40,531 bases of DNA from Planctomycetota bacterium (GCA_030622435.1 JAUXGE010000002.1:1-40531); one strand, 5' to 3'; counted from the stretch's first letter, positions 1-10,059 are shown. Made by a program: numbers and translations. The notes: generated by a model from the letters alone, not told the origin.

Positions 1-836
1 CCTCGAAGCTCCCCGTTCTGATGGCCATACTGGGCGGAACGCTCGTTCTTCACGTGGTGGGTCTGATCGACGACCGCAGGGCGCTGGGGCCTGTCCCGAA
101 GCTCATGGCTCAGATCGCGGTAGCCCTGTTCACGGCCTGGCCCATGGGAATCCGGGCGATCGAGATCCTCCCGGCGCCGTTGTCGATCGCGTTGACCGTG
201 CTGTGGGTCGTCCTGATCACCAATGCCTTCAACTTCCTGGACAACATGGATGGGCTCAGCGCGGGGGTGGCCGCCATTGCCGCCGCTATCTTTGCCATCG
301 CGTCCATGAACGCCGGTCAGATCTTCGTCCCGGTAATGGCTTGGGTGGTGGTCGGAGCCCTCTTGGGCTTCCTTCCGTTCAACTTCGCTCCGGCCTCGAT
401 CTTCATGGGGGACGCAGGGAGCCTCGTGGTCGGCTACCTAATGAGTGTGCTGACGATCCTCACGACGTTCTACGACCCCGCTCAGAACCTGACGCCGCTG
501 GGCGTCATCGTGCCGCTGGTGGTCCTGGCCGTCCCGCTCTACGACGTGACCAGCGTCGTAATCCACCGGCTACGCGCGGGCGAAAGCCCGTTCCGGGGCG
601 ATCGGAGGCATTTCTCACATCGGCTGGTCAAACGCGGGCTGACTAAGCGCGGGGCGGTGCTGACGATCTACCTGGCGACTGCCGCCACGGGATTGCCCGC
701 CATCGTCCTTCCCCGCATAGGCTGGACCTTTGCCTGGTTCCTGCTCGTCCAATGCCTATGTGTCGTTGCGATGATTGCTATTCTCGAGCACGCCGGCTTC
801 GGCGACAGGGGGAACGAGGAGCCGGCGCCTCCGTAG
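1..836 (+). CDS. Glycosyltransferase family 4 (WecA/MraY-like polyprenyl-phosphate HexNAc-1-phosphate transferase), 5' end outside window
   Basis: The frame is open from the window edge. Multi-TM protein with NAFNFLDNMDGLSAG, matching the N-x-x-N-x-x-D-G-x-D-G-L-A signature of the MraY/WecA family. Stop at 834-836. Confidence 0.8.
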   Translation, partial: SKLPVLMAILGGTLVLHVVGLIDDRRALGPVPKLMAQIAVALFTAWPMGIRAIEILPAPLSIALTVLWVVLITNAFNFLDNMDGLSAGVAAIAAAIFAIASMNAGQIFVPVMAWVVVGALLGFLPFNFAPASIFMGDAGSLVVGYLMSVLTILTTFYDPAQNLTPLGVIVPLVVLAVPLYDVTSVVIHRLRAGESPFRGDRRHFSHRLVKRGLTKRGAVLTIYLATAATGLPAIVLPRIGWTFAWFLLVQCLCVVAMIAILEHAGFGDRGNEEPAPP

Positions 837-937
837 GCTGACCCTGGAACCTTGTCGCGGGCCGAGGCGGGCCGGTACCCACCGGTCGGTCTCGACGATA
901 GGCACGCCGGGCGACGGCAACCGTCCCGGTACAACGA

Positions 938-2881
938 ATGAAGACCGAGAGACACGACTGGCTCCTGGCGCATCAGGTCGATCTGGACGCTGAGCGACTG
1001 CGCTGGCGGCGCGTCGAGGTGCTGTGGTCCTGGGCCAGACTGATCACCTTCTTCGCCGGCTCGTACCTCTGTTACCGCGTGATCGATACTCCGTGGGCTG
1101 CGACGGTCGTCGCTGCTCTGTCCGTTGGTGCCTTTGCGTGGACAGTGGGTCGGCACCGCGCCGGCCGTGAACGGCGGGAGCTAGTCGACCGCGCCCTGCT
1201 GATCGTCAAGGAATCGCTGAAACGCTGTGGGGGGCACATAACGCTGGTCCGCTCGGGTGAAAGACCTGTGCCGGCCACTGACCCGACCGCAGCCTTGGCG
1301 CCCGTCGTGGACGACGGGCCCGTATGGACGTTGACCGGCCAGGAACGCGAGGATCTGGATCTCTATTCGGGACCTGTGGGTGTGTTCGGCTTGCTGAATC
1401 GGACATCGACCCTGCCCGGAGCAAGGCGGCTGCGCGATATGTTGGACCGGCCCTGCGTGTCGGTCGGGCACATCCGGGCCCGGCAACATGCCGTGCAGCA
1501 GCTGGAACAGAACACCCCCGAACGGATCCGCATCATGGCCGGTGTCGCAGCCCTTCGCGGCCACGACGTTTACGTCGATGCGCTGGCGTCTGCAATCAGC
1601 CGGGCCGCTCCGCTTCCGCGACCCATGTGGGTCTGGGGGCTTCGGTGGTGGTCACTGGTTTCCTGCGCGGTCGCGCTTTATGCGTTGATCCAGGCGGGTC
1701 GGGGAGCGCCACGGTGGCTCTACGTCCTGCTGGCGCTACTGGCGTTCAACGGCATGATCCTCCGCAGCCTGCAGGTGAAACTCCGCGAATGCCTTACCCC
1801 CTTCAAGACCGTGTTCGTCGCGGCGAAGGGGTACCTGCAGGCCGCAAACCACGCCGTCGAGAATCTGCCGGATGACGCGTTGTCGAGCCGGTTGCGCGAG
1901 CATCTGGAGGGGATCACAGCGTCCGACGTGTTGCCGTCGCTGTGCAAGCGGCTGCCCTGGGCGGACAGCGGCGGTGCGTTCCACACGCTCTCCAATCTTC
2001 TCGTGTTCTATGACCTCCACGTCACGGCGGCTATCCTGAATCGGGCGGTTCCGCATCGCGATCTGCTTCTGGCGGGGTTCTCCGCGTTGGCCGAGGTCGA
2101 GGCCCTGTGTTCGCTCGCCTGCTTCGCCTATGAGTCCAGCGACGGCTTCGAAACCTGCTACCCGGTGCTTGTGGAACACGAGGAGTTGTCGATCACGAAC
2201 GGGAAACACCCGCTGATCCCGCAGGACCGCGCCGTAGCCAACAGCCTGCATCTTACCCCTCGCGGGCGTCTGCGGATCATCACCGGATCGAACATGGCCG
2301 GCAAGAGCACGCTCCTGCGGATGTGCGGTGTCAACAATCTGCTTGCCCAGATCGGGACCGTCGCGCTCGCCGAACGCATGAGGTTGTCCCCAATGCGGCT
2401 GATGACCGATCTGCGTGTTTCGGACAATCTGGCCGGCAACGAAAGCTACTTTCTGGCGGAGGTGCGGCATCTGCGCCGAATGGTCCGCCCGCACGAGACC
2501 GGTGGGACCGTTCTGGGATTGGTGGATGAGCCGTTCCGTGGCACGAACACGACGGACCAGGTCGCCGCCGGCGTCGCGCTAGTCGAGCATCTGCTTGGCA
2601 CGGGGCACTTCTTCCTGATCGCTACGCACGAAATGGCGCTATCTGCGCTCGCTGATCGCCACGACGCGGCGGCCAACCTCCACTTTCGTGAGGACCTCGG
2701 TGCGGACGGCCTGACGTTCGATTACCGGCTTCGTGAAGGTCCGGCCGAGACGCGCAACGCACTGCAAATCCTTGCCCGGGAAGGCTACCCCGAGACAGTC
2801 CTGCAACGGGCCCGTCAGTGGCTCGACCAGGAGACGACCGACGGGCCGGGCCGTGGCGAGGCAACTCCACCGCACTCGTGA
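938..2881 (+). CDS. Membrane-anchored MutS-family protein (MutS domain V ATPase only)
   Basis: 647-aa ORF with ATG start. The N-terminal half has about 4 hydrophobic helices (LITFFAGSYLCYRVI, AATVVAALSVGAFAWTVG, WWSLVSCAVALYALI, LYVLLALLAFNGMIL). The C-terminal half has MutS ATPase motifs: GSNMAGKST (Walker A), LGLVDEPFRGTNTTD (Walker B region) and IATHE. No mismatch-binding domain I or Smr domain was recognised by eye. Confidence 0.8.
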   Translation: MKTERHDWLLAHQVDLDAERLRWRRVEVLWSWARLITFFAGSYLCYRVIDTPWAATVVAALSVGAFAWTVGRHRAGRERRELVDRALLIVKESLKRCGGHITLVRSGERPVPATDPTAALAPVVDDGPVWTLTGQEREDLDLYSGPVGVFGLLNRTSTLPGARRLRDMLDRPCVSVGHIRARQHAVQQLEQNTPERIRIMAGVAALRGHDVYVDALASAISRAAPLPRPMWVWGLRWWSLVSCAVALYALIQAGRGAPRWLYVLLALLAFNGMILRSLQVKLRECLTPFKTVFVAAKGYLQAANHAVENLPDDALSSRLREHLEGITASDVLPSLCKRLPWADSGGAFHTLSNLLVFYDLHVTAAILNRAVPHRDLLLAGFSALAEVEALCSLACFAYESSDGFETCYPVLVEHEELSITNGKHPLIPQDRAVANSLHLTPRGRLRIITGSNMAGKSTLLRMCGVNNLLAQIGTVALAERMRLSPMRLMTDLRVSDNLAGNESYFLAEVRHLRRMVRPHETGGTVLGLVDEPFRGTNTTDQVAAGVALVEHLLGTGHFFLIATHEMALSALADRHDAAANLHFREDLGADGLTFDYRLREGPAETRNALQILAREGYPETVLQRARQWLDQETTDGPGRGEATPPHS

Positions 2882-2891
2882 CGGGTTGCTG

Positions 2892-4430
2892 TTACGGCAA
2901 CGGAGCGACGTGAACCAGCCGGTAGGGTGTGAAGAGCAGTCGGTCGTAGGAACTGCCTTCGATCTCGAACGAGACAATTTTTCGCTCGGCGGCCTCCACG
3001 ATTCGCATCTCGTCGGCCCAGAGCACGATCAGATACAAGCCGCGCGGGTCTTTCAGAACGTCGTTCTCGGCCGTGAAGTTGTCGGTTGCCAGGCGCAGCT
3101 CCTCGATCGGGATGCCCTCGATAGGGTAGTAGTCGAAGACCAGACGCTCCGAGTCCTCCCATTCGGGATAGATCGTCGCGTCGAGTGTGAGGACGGCAGC
3201 CTCGGTCTGAGGATTGACGTTCTCCTGCAAATACGCCGCCAGCTCGCGTAGCCCCGGGTCGTTACGCCACTGGGGCGGGTTCTGCGCCGCGTATCCCCGC
3301 GAGATCCAGTCCGGGGCCGTGGCCAACACGAACACCAACATGAGAACAACGGGGGCACGTCGGTCCAATCGGTGCGCCATTATCAGCGGGATCAATATGG
3401 CCGGTACACCGGCGGGCAGGGCGTACCGGGCGATCATGGCCGGATGGGTTATCCACGAGATCACCAACAGCCCGAACCACCCGCACACGAACGACGCCAG
3501 AAGTAGTCCACAAAGGTCGCATCGCCCGGAGAACAACGGTCCGCCGGAACGCCATCTTTTGGGATGTGACACCTTGAAAATGCCTGCGACCCAAAGCGCT
3601 GTGGCCGGGATGAGTGCGACGAAGATCCATTCCCAACCGAAAGTCAGGCGACCCAGCACCTCGAGTGTTCCGCGCCAGGTGGGCGGATCGATCCAGCTCA
3701 AGCCCTGGAACATGGAGGAGCGGTAGTAGAGATACCTGGCTGCAATCGGGATGCACAGGACGCCGGTGGCCACAATCGCGCCGAAGGGTCGAAGCCACCG
3801 TTTTCGCCCTCCCGTCGGGTTGATCCACGCGACAATCACCCACCACGCCGCATGACCGGCGAAAGTGAGCCCCGCCAGGTAATGGGCGTGCAGGGTCAAG
3901 ACCGCGACGATCACATACGCCACGAAGAACCGCCATCGACCGTCAACCACCAGGTGATACCAGAACCCTGTCGCTAGGGCACAGCCGAGAAGGAGCATAC
4001 TGTAGGGTCTGGCCTCCTGGCTGTAGTAGATGTGGAGCCCGTTGCAGGCGCACAACAAGGCCATGGCCGCTCCGACAAGGCGGCCGCCGCCCAGGTTTCC
4101 GAGCCACCAGCCCGCCGCCACGACCAGTATGCCGCAGGCGGCCGCGGGGAACCGGAGCATCGCTTCAGATGGGTGCGGGTCGCGCGTTAACGCACGCAAG
4201 GCAAGCTGGTACAGGGGCGGCTTGGTGAGTTCGGGTCCCCAACGCATGGACTCGGACAGATCCATCCGGGACACCTGCCACGTGCAGAGTTCATCCCGCC
4301 ACAGCGACCGATCGCCCAGACCTTCGAGCCGCAGATAGGCGCCCAGAATCAAGGCCAGGACCAGCATGGAGAACCACGTGATCCGCGCGACCGACCCATC
4401 GGAGTGCCGGAATTCCTCGTCTCGAGTCAT
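2892..4430 (-). CDS. Glycosyltransferase family 39 / ArnT-PMT-like GT-C membrane glycosyltransferase
   Basis: Polytopic membrane protein. The first loop motif LGDRSLWRDELCTW (DE motif) is typical of GT39/GT83 GT-C enzymes, followed by about 10 further hydrophobic segments and a soluble C-terminal domain. The ORF track begins at a TTG (4520). The ATG at 4430 (MTRDEEF...) is the more likely start. Confidence 0.75.
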   Translation of the reverse strand: MTRDEEFRHSDGSVARITWFSMLVLALILGAYLRLEGLGDRSLWRDELCTWQVSRMDLSESMRWGPELTKPPLYQLALRALTRDPHPSEAMLRFPAAACGILVVAAGWWLGNLGGGRLVGAAMALLCACNGLHIYYSQEARPYSMLLLGCALATGFWYHLVVDGRWRFFVAYVIVAVLTLHAHYLAGLTFAGHAAWWVIVAWINPTGGRKRWLRPFGAIVATGVLCIPIAARYLYYRSSMFQGLSWIDPPTWRGTLEVLGRLTFGWEWIFVALIPATALWVAGIFKVSHPKRWRSGGPLFSGRCDLCGLLLASFVCGWFGLLVISWITHPAMIARYALPAGVPAILIPLIMAHRLDRRAPVVLMLVFVLATAPDWISRGYAAQNPPQWRNDPGLRELAAYLQENVNPQTEAAVLTLDATIYPEWEDSERLVFDYYPIEGIPIEELRLATDNFTAENDVLKDPRGLYLIVLWADEMRIVEAAERKIVSFEIEGSSYDRLLFTPYRLVHVAPLP

Positions 4431-4712
4431 ACGTGCATGATCCGAGATAACTGTCCGAAAGGGAAGCTTCCTGTCCTGTATCTTGGCGCCCCGGCTGAGG
4501 ATTGTCCCACAACAGGGCAAGGGACCATCCGGCCTGATCTCGCGTCATTGGACGAATGTGCTACACCTGGTTGTCACCTGCCTAGTCCGGGGCTTCCATG
4601 TGTGTTAAGGGTGACCATTTGGGAGGAGTTTCTTCGGTAGTGAGTAATTCAGTGTCGTGTAAATATATGTAGTGTGGCTTGTTTTTCCTGCCATGCATCG
4701 GTTTGGCGGCTG

Positions 4713-4928
4713 TTACGTTGCTTTTTTGCATTTGACAGGGTGCAACGATTTCTTATACTCGCGCGGCTCTGGGTGGAGATTCATCCAGACTGCGAGCCGG
4801 CTGCGCGGGTTGGGCCCGGGTCGGCCGGCGCGATCCCGGACCTCGCAGCGAGGCGCGAACTTATGGAGGGCCGCGCAGCCGAGGTGGCGACAGTAGTTGG
4901 TGTGCGCGATCTGGTGCTCGGACATCAT
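4713..4928 (-). CDS. Hypothetical 71-aa protein (candidate only; family not recognised)
   Basis: ATGATG start, TAA stop. My hand count of codon-position G+C is about 62% (pos1), 49% (pos2) and 79% (pos3), which is the ordering expected for a real gene on this strand. C13/C18/H22/C28 have CCHC-like spacing. Against: the start lies 12 nt from the divergent tRNA-Thr, there is no SD, the middle is Arg/Pro-rich, and the 3' end overlaps a strong + strand promoter-like element. Confidence 0.3.
   Translation of the reverse strand: MMSEHQIAHTNYCRHLGCAALHKFAPRCEVRDRAGRPGPNPRSRLAVWMNLHPEPREYKKSLHPVKCKKAT
4732..4759 (+). promoter_or_regulatory. Sigma70-type promoter candidate upstream of tRNA-Thr/tuf
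   Basis: TTGACA (4732-4737), 16-nt spacer, TATACT (4754-4759). It is preceded by the T-rich tract cttttttgca (UP-element-like) in a locally AT-rich stretch. The architecture TTGACAGGG-N13-TATNCT matches the element at 23711-23738. Confidence 0.5.
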
Positions 4929-4939
4929 CGTCGGACGTT

Positions 4940-5012
<73 letters not shown>

Positions 5013-5208
5013 TATTGGCATCGTAACCAGGGATGGCAAAGGTGATACACCCTTGCCTCTGGCGCCGTCGGCCAGGCATTGATGGGATCGCATAGCAGAT
5101 TGGACGTTCCTTTAGACACGGAGCGTTCGGCGCCGGTGGTTCCGGCAGACTAACGTCAAAGGTTCGATTGAGGGTTGTCAGCCTCGAGCGAGTGGAGGTA
5201 CAAGTTGG

Positions 5209-6411
<1,203 letters not shown>

Positions 6412-6456
6412 TCCGGCGATTCGTATACCGCTTTTTAAGAGTGGATGTGATCGGAA

Positions 6457-6624
6457 ATGGCGAAAGCGGCAAAACGCGAGTACGTCTGGCTCCAATGCAA
6501 GGAGTGCGGCGACCTCAACTACCGTACGAGTGTCAACGTAATGGGCGGTGTGCCGAAGCTCGAATTGCGCAAGTTCTGCAAGCGCGAGCGCAAACATTCA
6601 GCCCATAAGATCAAGAGGAAATAG
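6457..6624 (+). CDS. rpmG: 50S ribosomal protein L33
   Basis: 55-aa ORF not in the supplied track (below its length cut-off): MAKAAKREYVWLQCKECGDLNYRTSVNVMGGVPKLELRKFCKRERKHSAHKIKRK. It has the L33 pattern (CxxC ... NY ... KLELRKFC..RKH) and the classical tuf-rpmG-secE position. Confidence 0.9.
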   Translation: MAKAAKREYVWLQCKECGDLNYRTSVNVMGGVPKLELRKFCKRERKHSAHKIKRK

Positions 6625-6657
6625 GGTTTAACCGCCGGTGGCGGGCAAAGTCCGCAA

Positions 6658-6730
6658 AGGAGCGTAGCTCAATTGGCAGAGCACCGGTTTCCAAAACCGG
6701 CGGTTGGGGGTTCAAGTCCCTCCGCTCCTG
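6658..6730 (+). tRNA. tRNA-Trp (anticodon CCA)
   Basis: Hand-folded cloverleaf. Acceptor AGGAGCG/CGCTCCT, D arm GCTC-AATTGGCA-GAGC, anticodon arm CCGGT-TTCCAAA-ACCGG, T arm GGGGG-TTCAAGT-CCCTC, discriminator G. Confidence 0.95.
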
Positions 6731-6824
6731 TCGTGAATGCTACAGGTTGTGGGCGGTGCGAAGATCCTGGATCGCCTTGTGGATGGTGGACTCCGGGGTT
6801 CTTCGAAAACAATGGGTGAGATGG

Positions 6825-7337
6825 ATGACCACGACTGCTGCACCCGACAAGAGGCATGCGATGTCCGGGCATAACGAGGGTGGAAGTGGTCCGGGACAGC
6901 CGCGGCCTCCCAGCGGTAAGCCCGGCGGCGGTTTTCTGAGCCAGTACAAGCCCGACCAGGGAAAGGCGACCCGTACCGGGACGTTTGTGGGACTGGCTGT
7001 GCTGATCGTCTGGGGTGGGAAGTTCGTCAACGACCGCCTGACGGGTTATCAGGGTGACGAGGCGTGGCAGCTTCTGATCACGCCCGGTATCGCCATCCTG
7101 TTCGCCGTTGTGCTGGGTGCCCTGGCATGGCGGGTCTCGTACGTGAGCCGCAAGAGCAGCGACTTCATGATCGCCACGGAAGGCGAGATGAAGAAGGTGA
7201 GCTGGGCGACCAAGAACGAGGTGATCGGATCGACCAAGGTGGTCATCCTCTTCACGGTTCTTATGGCGGCTTTGTTGTTTGTCGTGGATGTGCTCTTCCA
7301 GCGCTTCTTCAGCTGGATCGATGTGCTGAAGACATGA
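6825..7337 (+). CDS. secE: Preprotein translocase subunit SecE (three-TM form with Gly/Pro-rich N-terminus)
   Basis: The C-terminal EMKKVSWATKNEVIGSTKVVILFTVLMAALLFVVDVLF is the canonical SecE TM/amphipathic segment. The track ORF starts at TTG 6747; ATG 6825 (MTTTAAPDK) is the more plausible start, but this is uncertain. The stop overlaps the nusG start (ATGA). Confidence 0.85.
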   Translation: MTTTAAPDKRHAMSGHNEGGSGPGQPRPPSGKPGGGFLSQYKPDQGKATRTGTFVGLAVLIVWGGKFVNDRLTGYQGDEAWQLLITPGIAILFAVVLGALAWRVSYVSRKSSDFMIATEGEMKKVSWATKNEVIGSTKVVILFTVLMAALLFVVDVLFQRFFSWIDVLKT

Positions 7338-7945
7338 CGGATTCGGATTCGACATCTTCGGATGCGCCGACATCTGCACCGGCTACCATGCCGGGCATGA
7401 AGTGGTATGTTCTCCGTGTGGCCTCGAACAAGGAAGAGCAGGTTTGCGAGGCTCTGGAGCGTAAAGTCAAGATCGAGGGGCTGGAGGATCGGATTGGACG
7501 GATTCTCGTTCCGACCCTCAAAGAGAAGCGCATGCGTGGCGGTGTGCTTCGGGTGTTGGAGCGGAAGCTCTACCCCGGCTATGTGTTTGTTGAAATGGCC
7601 TGCGAGGAGGACGGCTCCGTTGCGGAGAACGTGTGGTTCCTGATCAAGGAGACCTCCGGCGTCGGCGATTTCATCGGATCGGACGGCAAGCCCACGAGTA
7701 TGCCGGAGCATGACGTCGTACAGATGCTTGCCGCCTCGGAGAAGGCGGATGAGGACCCCGGGCTTTCCGGGTTGAACATCGGGAAAGGCGATCAGGTCAA
7801 GATCACGGATGGTGCCTTCGAGAGTTACGAAGGCGAGGTGGAGTCGGTTGACGAGCGACGCGGTATGGTGAACGTTATCGTCTCCATCTTCGGTCGTATG
7901 ACTCCCGTCGAGGTGGGTTACTGGCAGTTGGAAAAGGTGGAGTAG
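7334..7945 (+). CDS. nusG: Transcription termination/antitermination factor NusG
   Basis: KWYVLRVASNKEEQV (NGN domain) and a KOW motif (GDQVKITDGAFESYEGEVESVD). The ATG at 7334 overlaps the secE stop by ATGA. The longer track ORF from 7064 overlaps secE and is rejected. Confidence 0.93.
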   Translation: MTDSDSTSSDAPTSAPATMPGMKWYVLRVASNKEEQVCEALERKVKIEGLEDRIGRILVPTLKEKRMRGGVLRVLERKLYPGYVFVEMACEEDGSVAENVWFLIKETSGVGDFIGSDGKPTSMPEHDVVQMLAASEKADEDPGLSGLNIGKGDQVKITDGAFESYEGEVESVDERRGMVNVIVSIFGRMTPVEVGYWQLEKVE

Positions 7946-8022
7946 CAGCGGCGACGATCCGGTCCCTCGGACGGAACGAAATTCGCCGCGATTGGCTCTA
8001 ACACAGAGAGCGAAGAGGTACG

Positions 8023-8460
8023 GTGGCCAAGGCACGAAAGAAGGAACTCACCGCGACGATCAAACTGCAGGCTCCGGGTGGGCAGGCGACTCCCGCTCCG
8101 CCCATCGGTCCGGCGTTGGGTCAGCACGGCGTCAATATCGGTCAGTTCGTGCAGCAGTTCAACGCGGCAACTGCCGCGCTTAACGGCATGCCGGTTTCGG
8201 TGGTGATCAGCGTCTACGCCGATCGATCCTTCGATTACGTCGTGAAGAGCCCGCCGGCCTCCGTGCTTATCAAGGAGGCCGCTCAGGTCGCCAAGGGCAG
8301 TGGTGTCCCGAACAAGGAGAAAGTCGGGACGATCACGAAGGAACAGCTCAGATCGATCGCCGAGAAGAAGTTTCCCGACTTGAACGCGTTCGCACTCGAG
8401 GCCGCGGATGAGATTGTGGCCGGAACGGCGCGTTCGATGGGGATTGACATTGTGGACTGA
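8023..8460 (+). CDS. rplK: 50S ribosomal protein L11
   Basis: GTG start. [26 protein letters not shown] is the L11 signature. Confidence 0.98.
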   Translation: MAKARKKELTATIKLQAPGGQATPAPPIGPALGQHGVNIGQFVQQFNAATAALNGMPVSVVISVYADRSFDYVVKSPPASVLIKEAAQVAKGSGVPNKEKVGTITKEQLRSIAEKKFPDLNAFALEAADEIVAGTARSMGIDIVD

Positions 8461-8466
8461 TATGGG

Positions 8467-8488
8467 CGCCCGGAACCTCCGGGCGTTT
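8467..8488 (+). terminator. GC-rich hairpin plus TTT between rplK and rplA (attenuator/terminator-like)
   Basis: CGCCCGGA (8467-8474), loop ACC, TCCGGGCG (8478-8485) form a perfect 8-bp stem followed by TTTGG. It lies 7 nt after the rplK stop and about 12 nt before the rplA ATG. Confidence 0.35.
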
Positions 8489-8499
8489 GGATAAAGCCG

Positions 8500-9225
8500 A
8501 TGGGGTATGAAAGCGTCCGCTACCGTAAGCAGCTGAAGGTGGGAGGCGATCGGGGCAATCCGGTCTCGATCGAGGATGGTATTGCGCAGATCAAGGAAAT
8601 GGCTGGGGTCACTGCTGACCGCAGCTACAAGAACGGCAAGAAGCGCAAGAGCGTCGATCAGACCGTGGAGATCGTGCTCCATTTGGGGATCGACCCGCGA
8701 CAGGCAGATCAAATGCTCCGTGGCGCGATCTCGCTCCCGAAGGGGATAGGGAAAGCTCGCCGGGTGATCGCGTTCTGTGAGGGTCCGGTGGCCGATGCCG
8801 CCAAGGAGGCGGGGGCGATCGAGGCCGGTGCCGCGGACCTTGTCGAGAAAATCCAGGGTGGATGGCTCGATTTCGACGTGGCCATTGCTCACCCGTCGAT
8901 GATGGGGAAGGTCGGTAAGCTGGGCCGGCTGCTAGGCCCCCAGGGGAAGATGCCCACGCCCAAGGCGGGGACGGTGACGCCGGACGTCGCAACGGCGGTT
9001 GAGGAGTTTTCTGCCGGTCGTATCGAGTTTCGTAACGACAGCGGCGGCAACATCCATCTTCCCGTGGGTAAGATCAGCTTCTCGAACGAGGATTTGAACG
9101 AGAACATTCAGGCTGTCATAGACCATATGGTAAAAATGAAGCCCGCCGCCGCCAAGGGACAGTATGTCAAACGGATCTGCCTTTCGGCGACGCGAACGCC
9201 GTCCGTGACGATAGAGACGAGCTAG
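8500..9225 (+). CDS. rplA: 50S ribosomal protein L1
   Basis: 241 aa. DQTVEIVLHLGIDPRQADQMLRGAISLPKGIGK matches the L1 core motif. Confidence 0.98.
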   Translation: MGYESVRYRKQLKVGGDRGNPVSIEDGIAQIKEMAGVTADRSYKNGKKRKSVDQTVEIVLHLGIDPRQADQMLRGAISLPKGIGKARRVIAFCEGPVADAAKEAGAIEAGAADLVEKIQGGWLDFDVAIAHPSMMGKVGKLGRLLGPQGKMPTPKAGTVTPDVATAVEEFSAGRIEFRNDSGGNIHLPVGKISFSNEDLNENIQAVIDHMVKMKPAAAKGQYVKRICLSATRTPSVTIETS

Positions 9226-9290
9226 TAGGGCTTTGGCAGGCCGGTTTCGGCAGTGCGAATGCGAAGCGTACAAAGGAAAGAGGTTCATCG

Positions 9291-9803
9291 ATGAGTAAAC
9301 CCGTCAAGGCGATGGTGACTGCGGAACTGAAGGAAAGGTACGCCGGAACGGACGGCGTGTGCGTGGTCGATCTGACGGGGATGAATGTCCAGGAGCAGGA
9401 GGAACTCCGGAGACTGCTGCGTGAGAAGTCCGCCCGTGTTCAAGTGGTAAAGAACAGTCTGGCACAGCGGGCATTCAAAGGCGGACTACTCGAGCCTATC
9501 GGGGAGGCTCTCGAAGGGCCCTGCGCTCTGGTTGTCTCCTCGGAATCGCTGATTGACGCGGCGAAGGTTCTGGTCGAGGCCACAAAGGAGTTCGAACATC
9601 TCGATCTCAAACAGGCGATCGTCGATGGCGAACCGGAGCTTCTGACCGTCGTCGAGCTGTCCAAGATGAAGAGCCGCCTCGAGTTGATAGGTGACTTGGC
9701 ATCCCTGATTGCCTCGCCAGGCCGGGCGCTGGCCGGATGCCTGACCTCACCACAATCGAAGATAGCCGGTTGCCTCGAGACGATCATTGACAAGGCCGCC
9801 TGA
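9291..9803 (+). CDS. rplJ: 50S ribosomal protein L10
   Basis: 170 aa. L10-like sequence (VVKNSLAQRAF ... ELLTVVELSKMKSRLELIGDLASLI) in the position between rplA and rplL. Confidence 0.95.
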   Translation: MSKPVKAMVTAELKERYAGTDGVCVVDLTGMNVQEQEELRRLLREKSARVQVVKNSLAQRAFKGGLLEPIGEALEGPCALVVSSESLIDAAKVLVEATKEFEHLDLKQAIVDGEPELLTVVELSKMKSRLELIGDLASLIASPGRALAGCLTSPQSKIAGCLETIIDKAA

Positions 9804-10011
9804 ATTCGCCCGATGCGCAGCGCCCAACTATGTGGTAACTGAGGGCGAACAGTCTGCGTTTCCTTTGTTTCGTGCTGCTGTAAACCCCATTTGTGTGGGG
9901 AGGAGTCGAGGCGAAACTGCGGTGAGAGTGAAGCGAGTAAAGCAAGAGACGTTTCTGACGGGAGGATCCGTGGGCGGCTAAGTGTGTGATGCTCGCGGAA
10001 CCTTTAGGGTA

Positions 10012-10040
10012 TCGACAGAAACGCTGAGAAGTAGTACAAT
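10012..10040 (+). promoter_or_regulatory. Sigma70-type promoter candidate inside the rplJ-rplL spacer
   Basis: TCGACA (10012-10017), 17-nt spacer, TACAAT (10035-10040), in a lower-GC stretch. Confidence 0.35.
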
Positions 10041-10059
10041 GGTATAGTCATTGACGCTG

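Noticed and set aside
5150-5185. T-loop-like GGTTCGATT sequence between tRNA-Thr and tuf, considered as a possible extra tRNA.
   Set aside because: The flanking bases (aaagg / gaggg) cannot form a T-stem, and no acceptor or anticodon arms can be drawn.
6457-6624. L33 has only three Cys (CKEC ... C-K-R-E), where Zn-binding L33 has CxxC...CxxC.
   Set aside because: Probably an ordinary intermediate between C+ and C- L33 forms. It is a single-residue observation and not informative without a paralogue survey.
9787-9981. 64-aa + strand ORF in the rplJ-rplL spacer (MTRPPEFARCAAPNYVV...).
   Set aside because: It overlaps the rplJ 3' end out of frame, has no RBS and no coding-like composition, and lies in a lower-GC non-coding-looking region.
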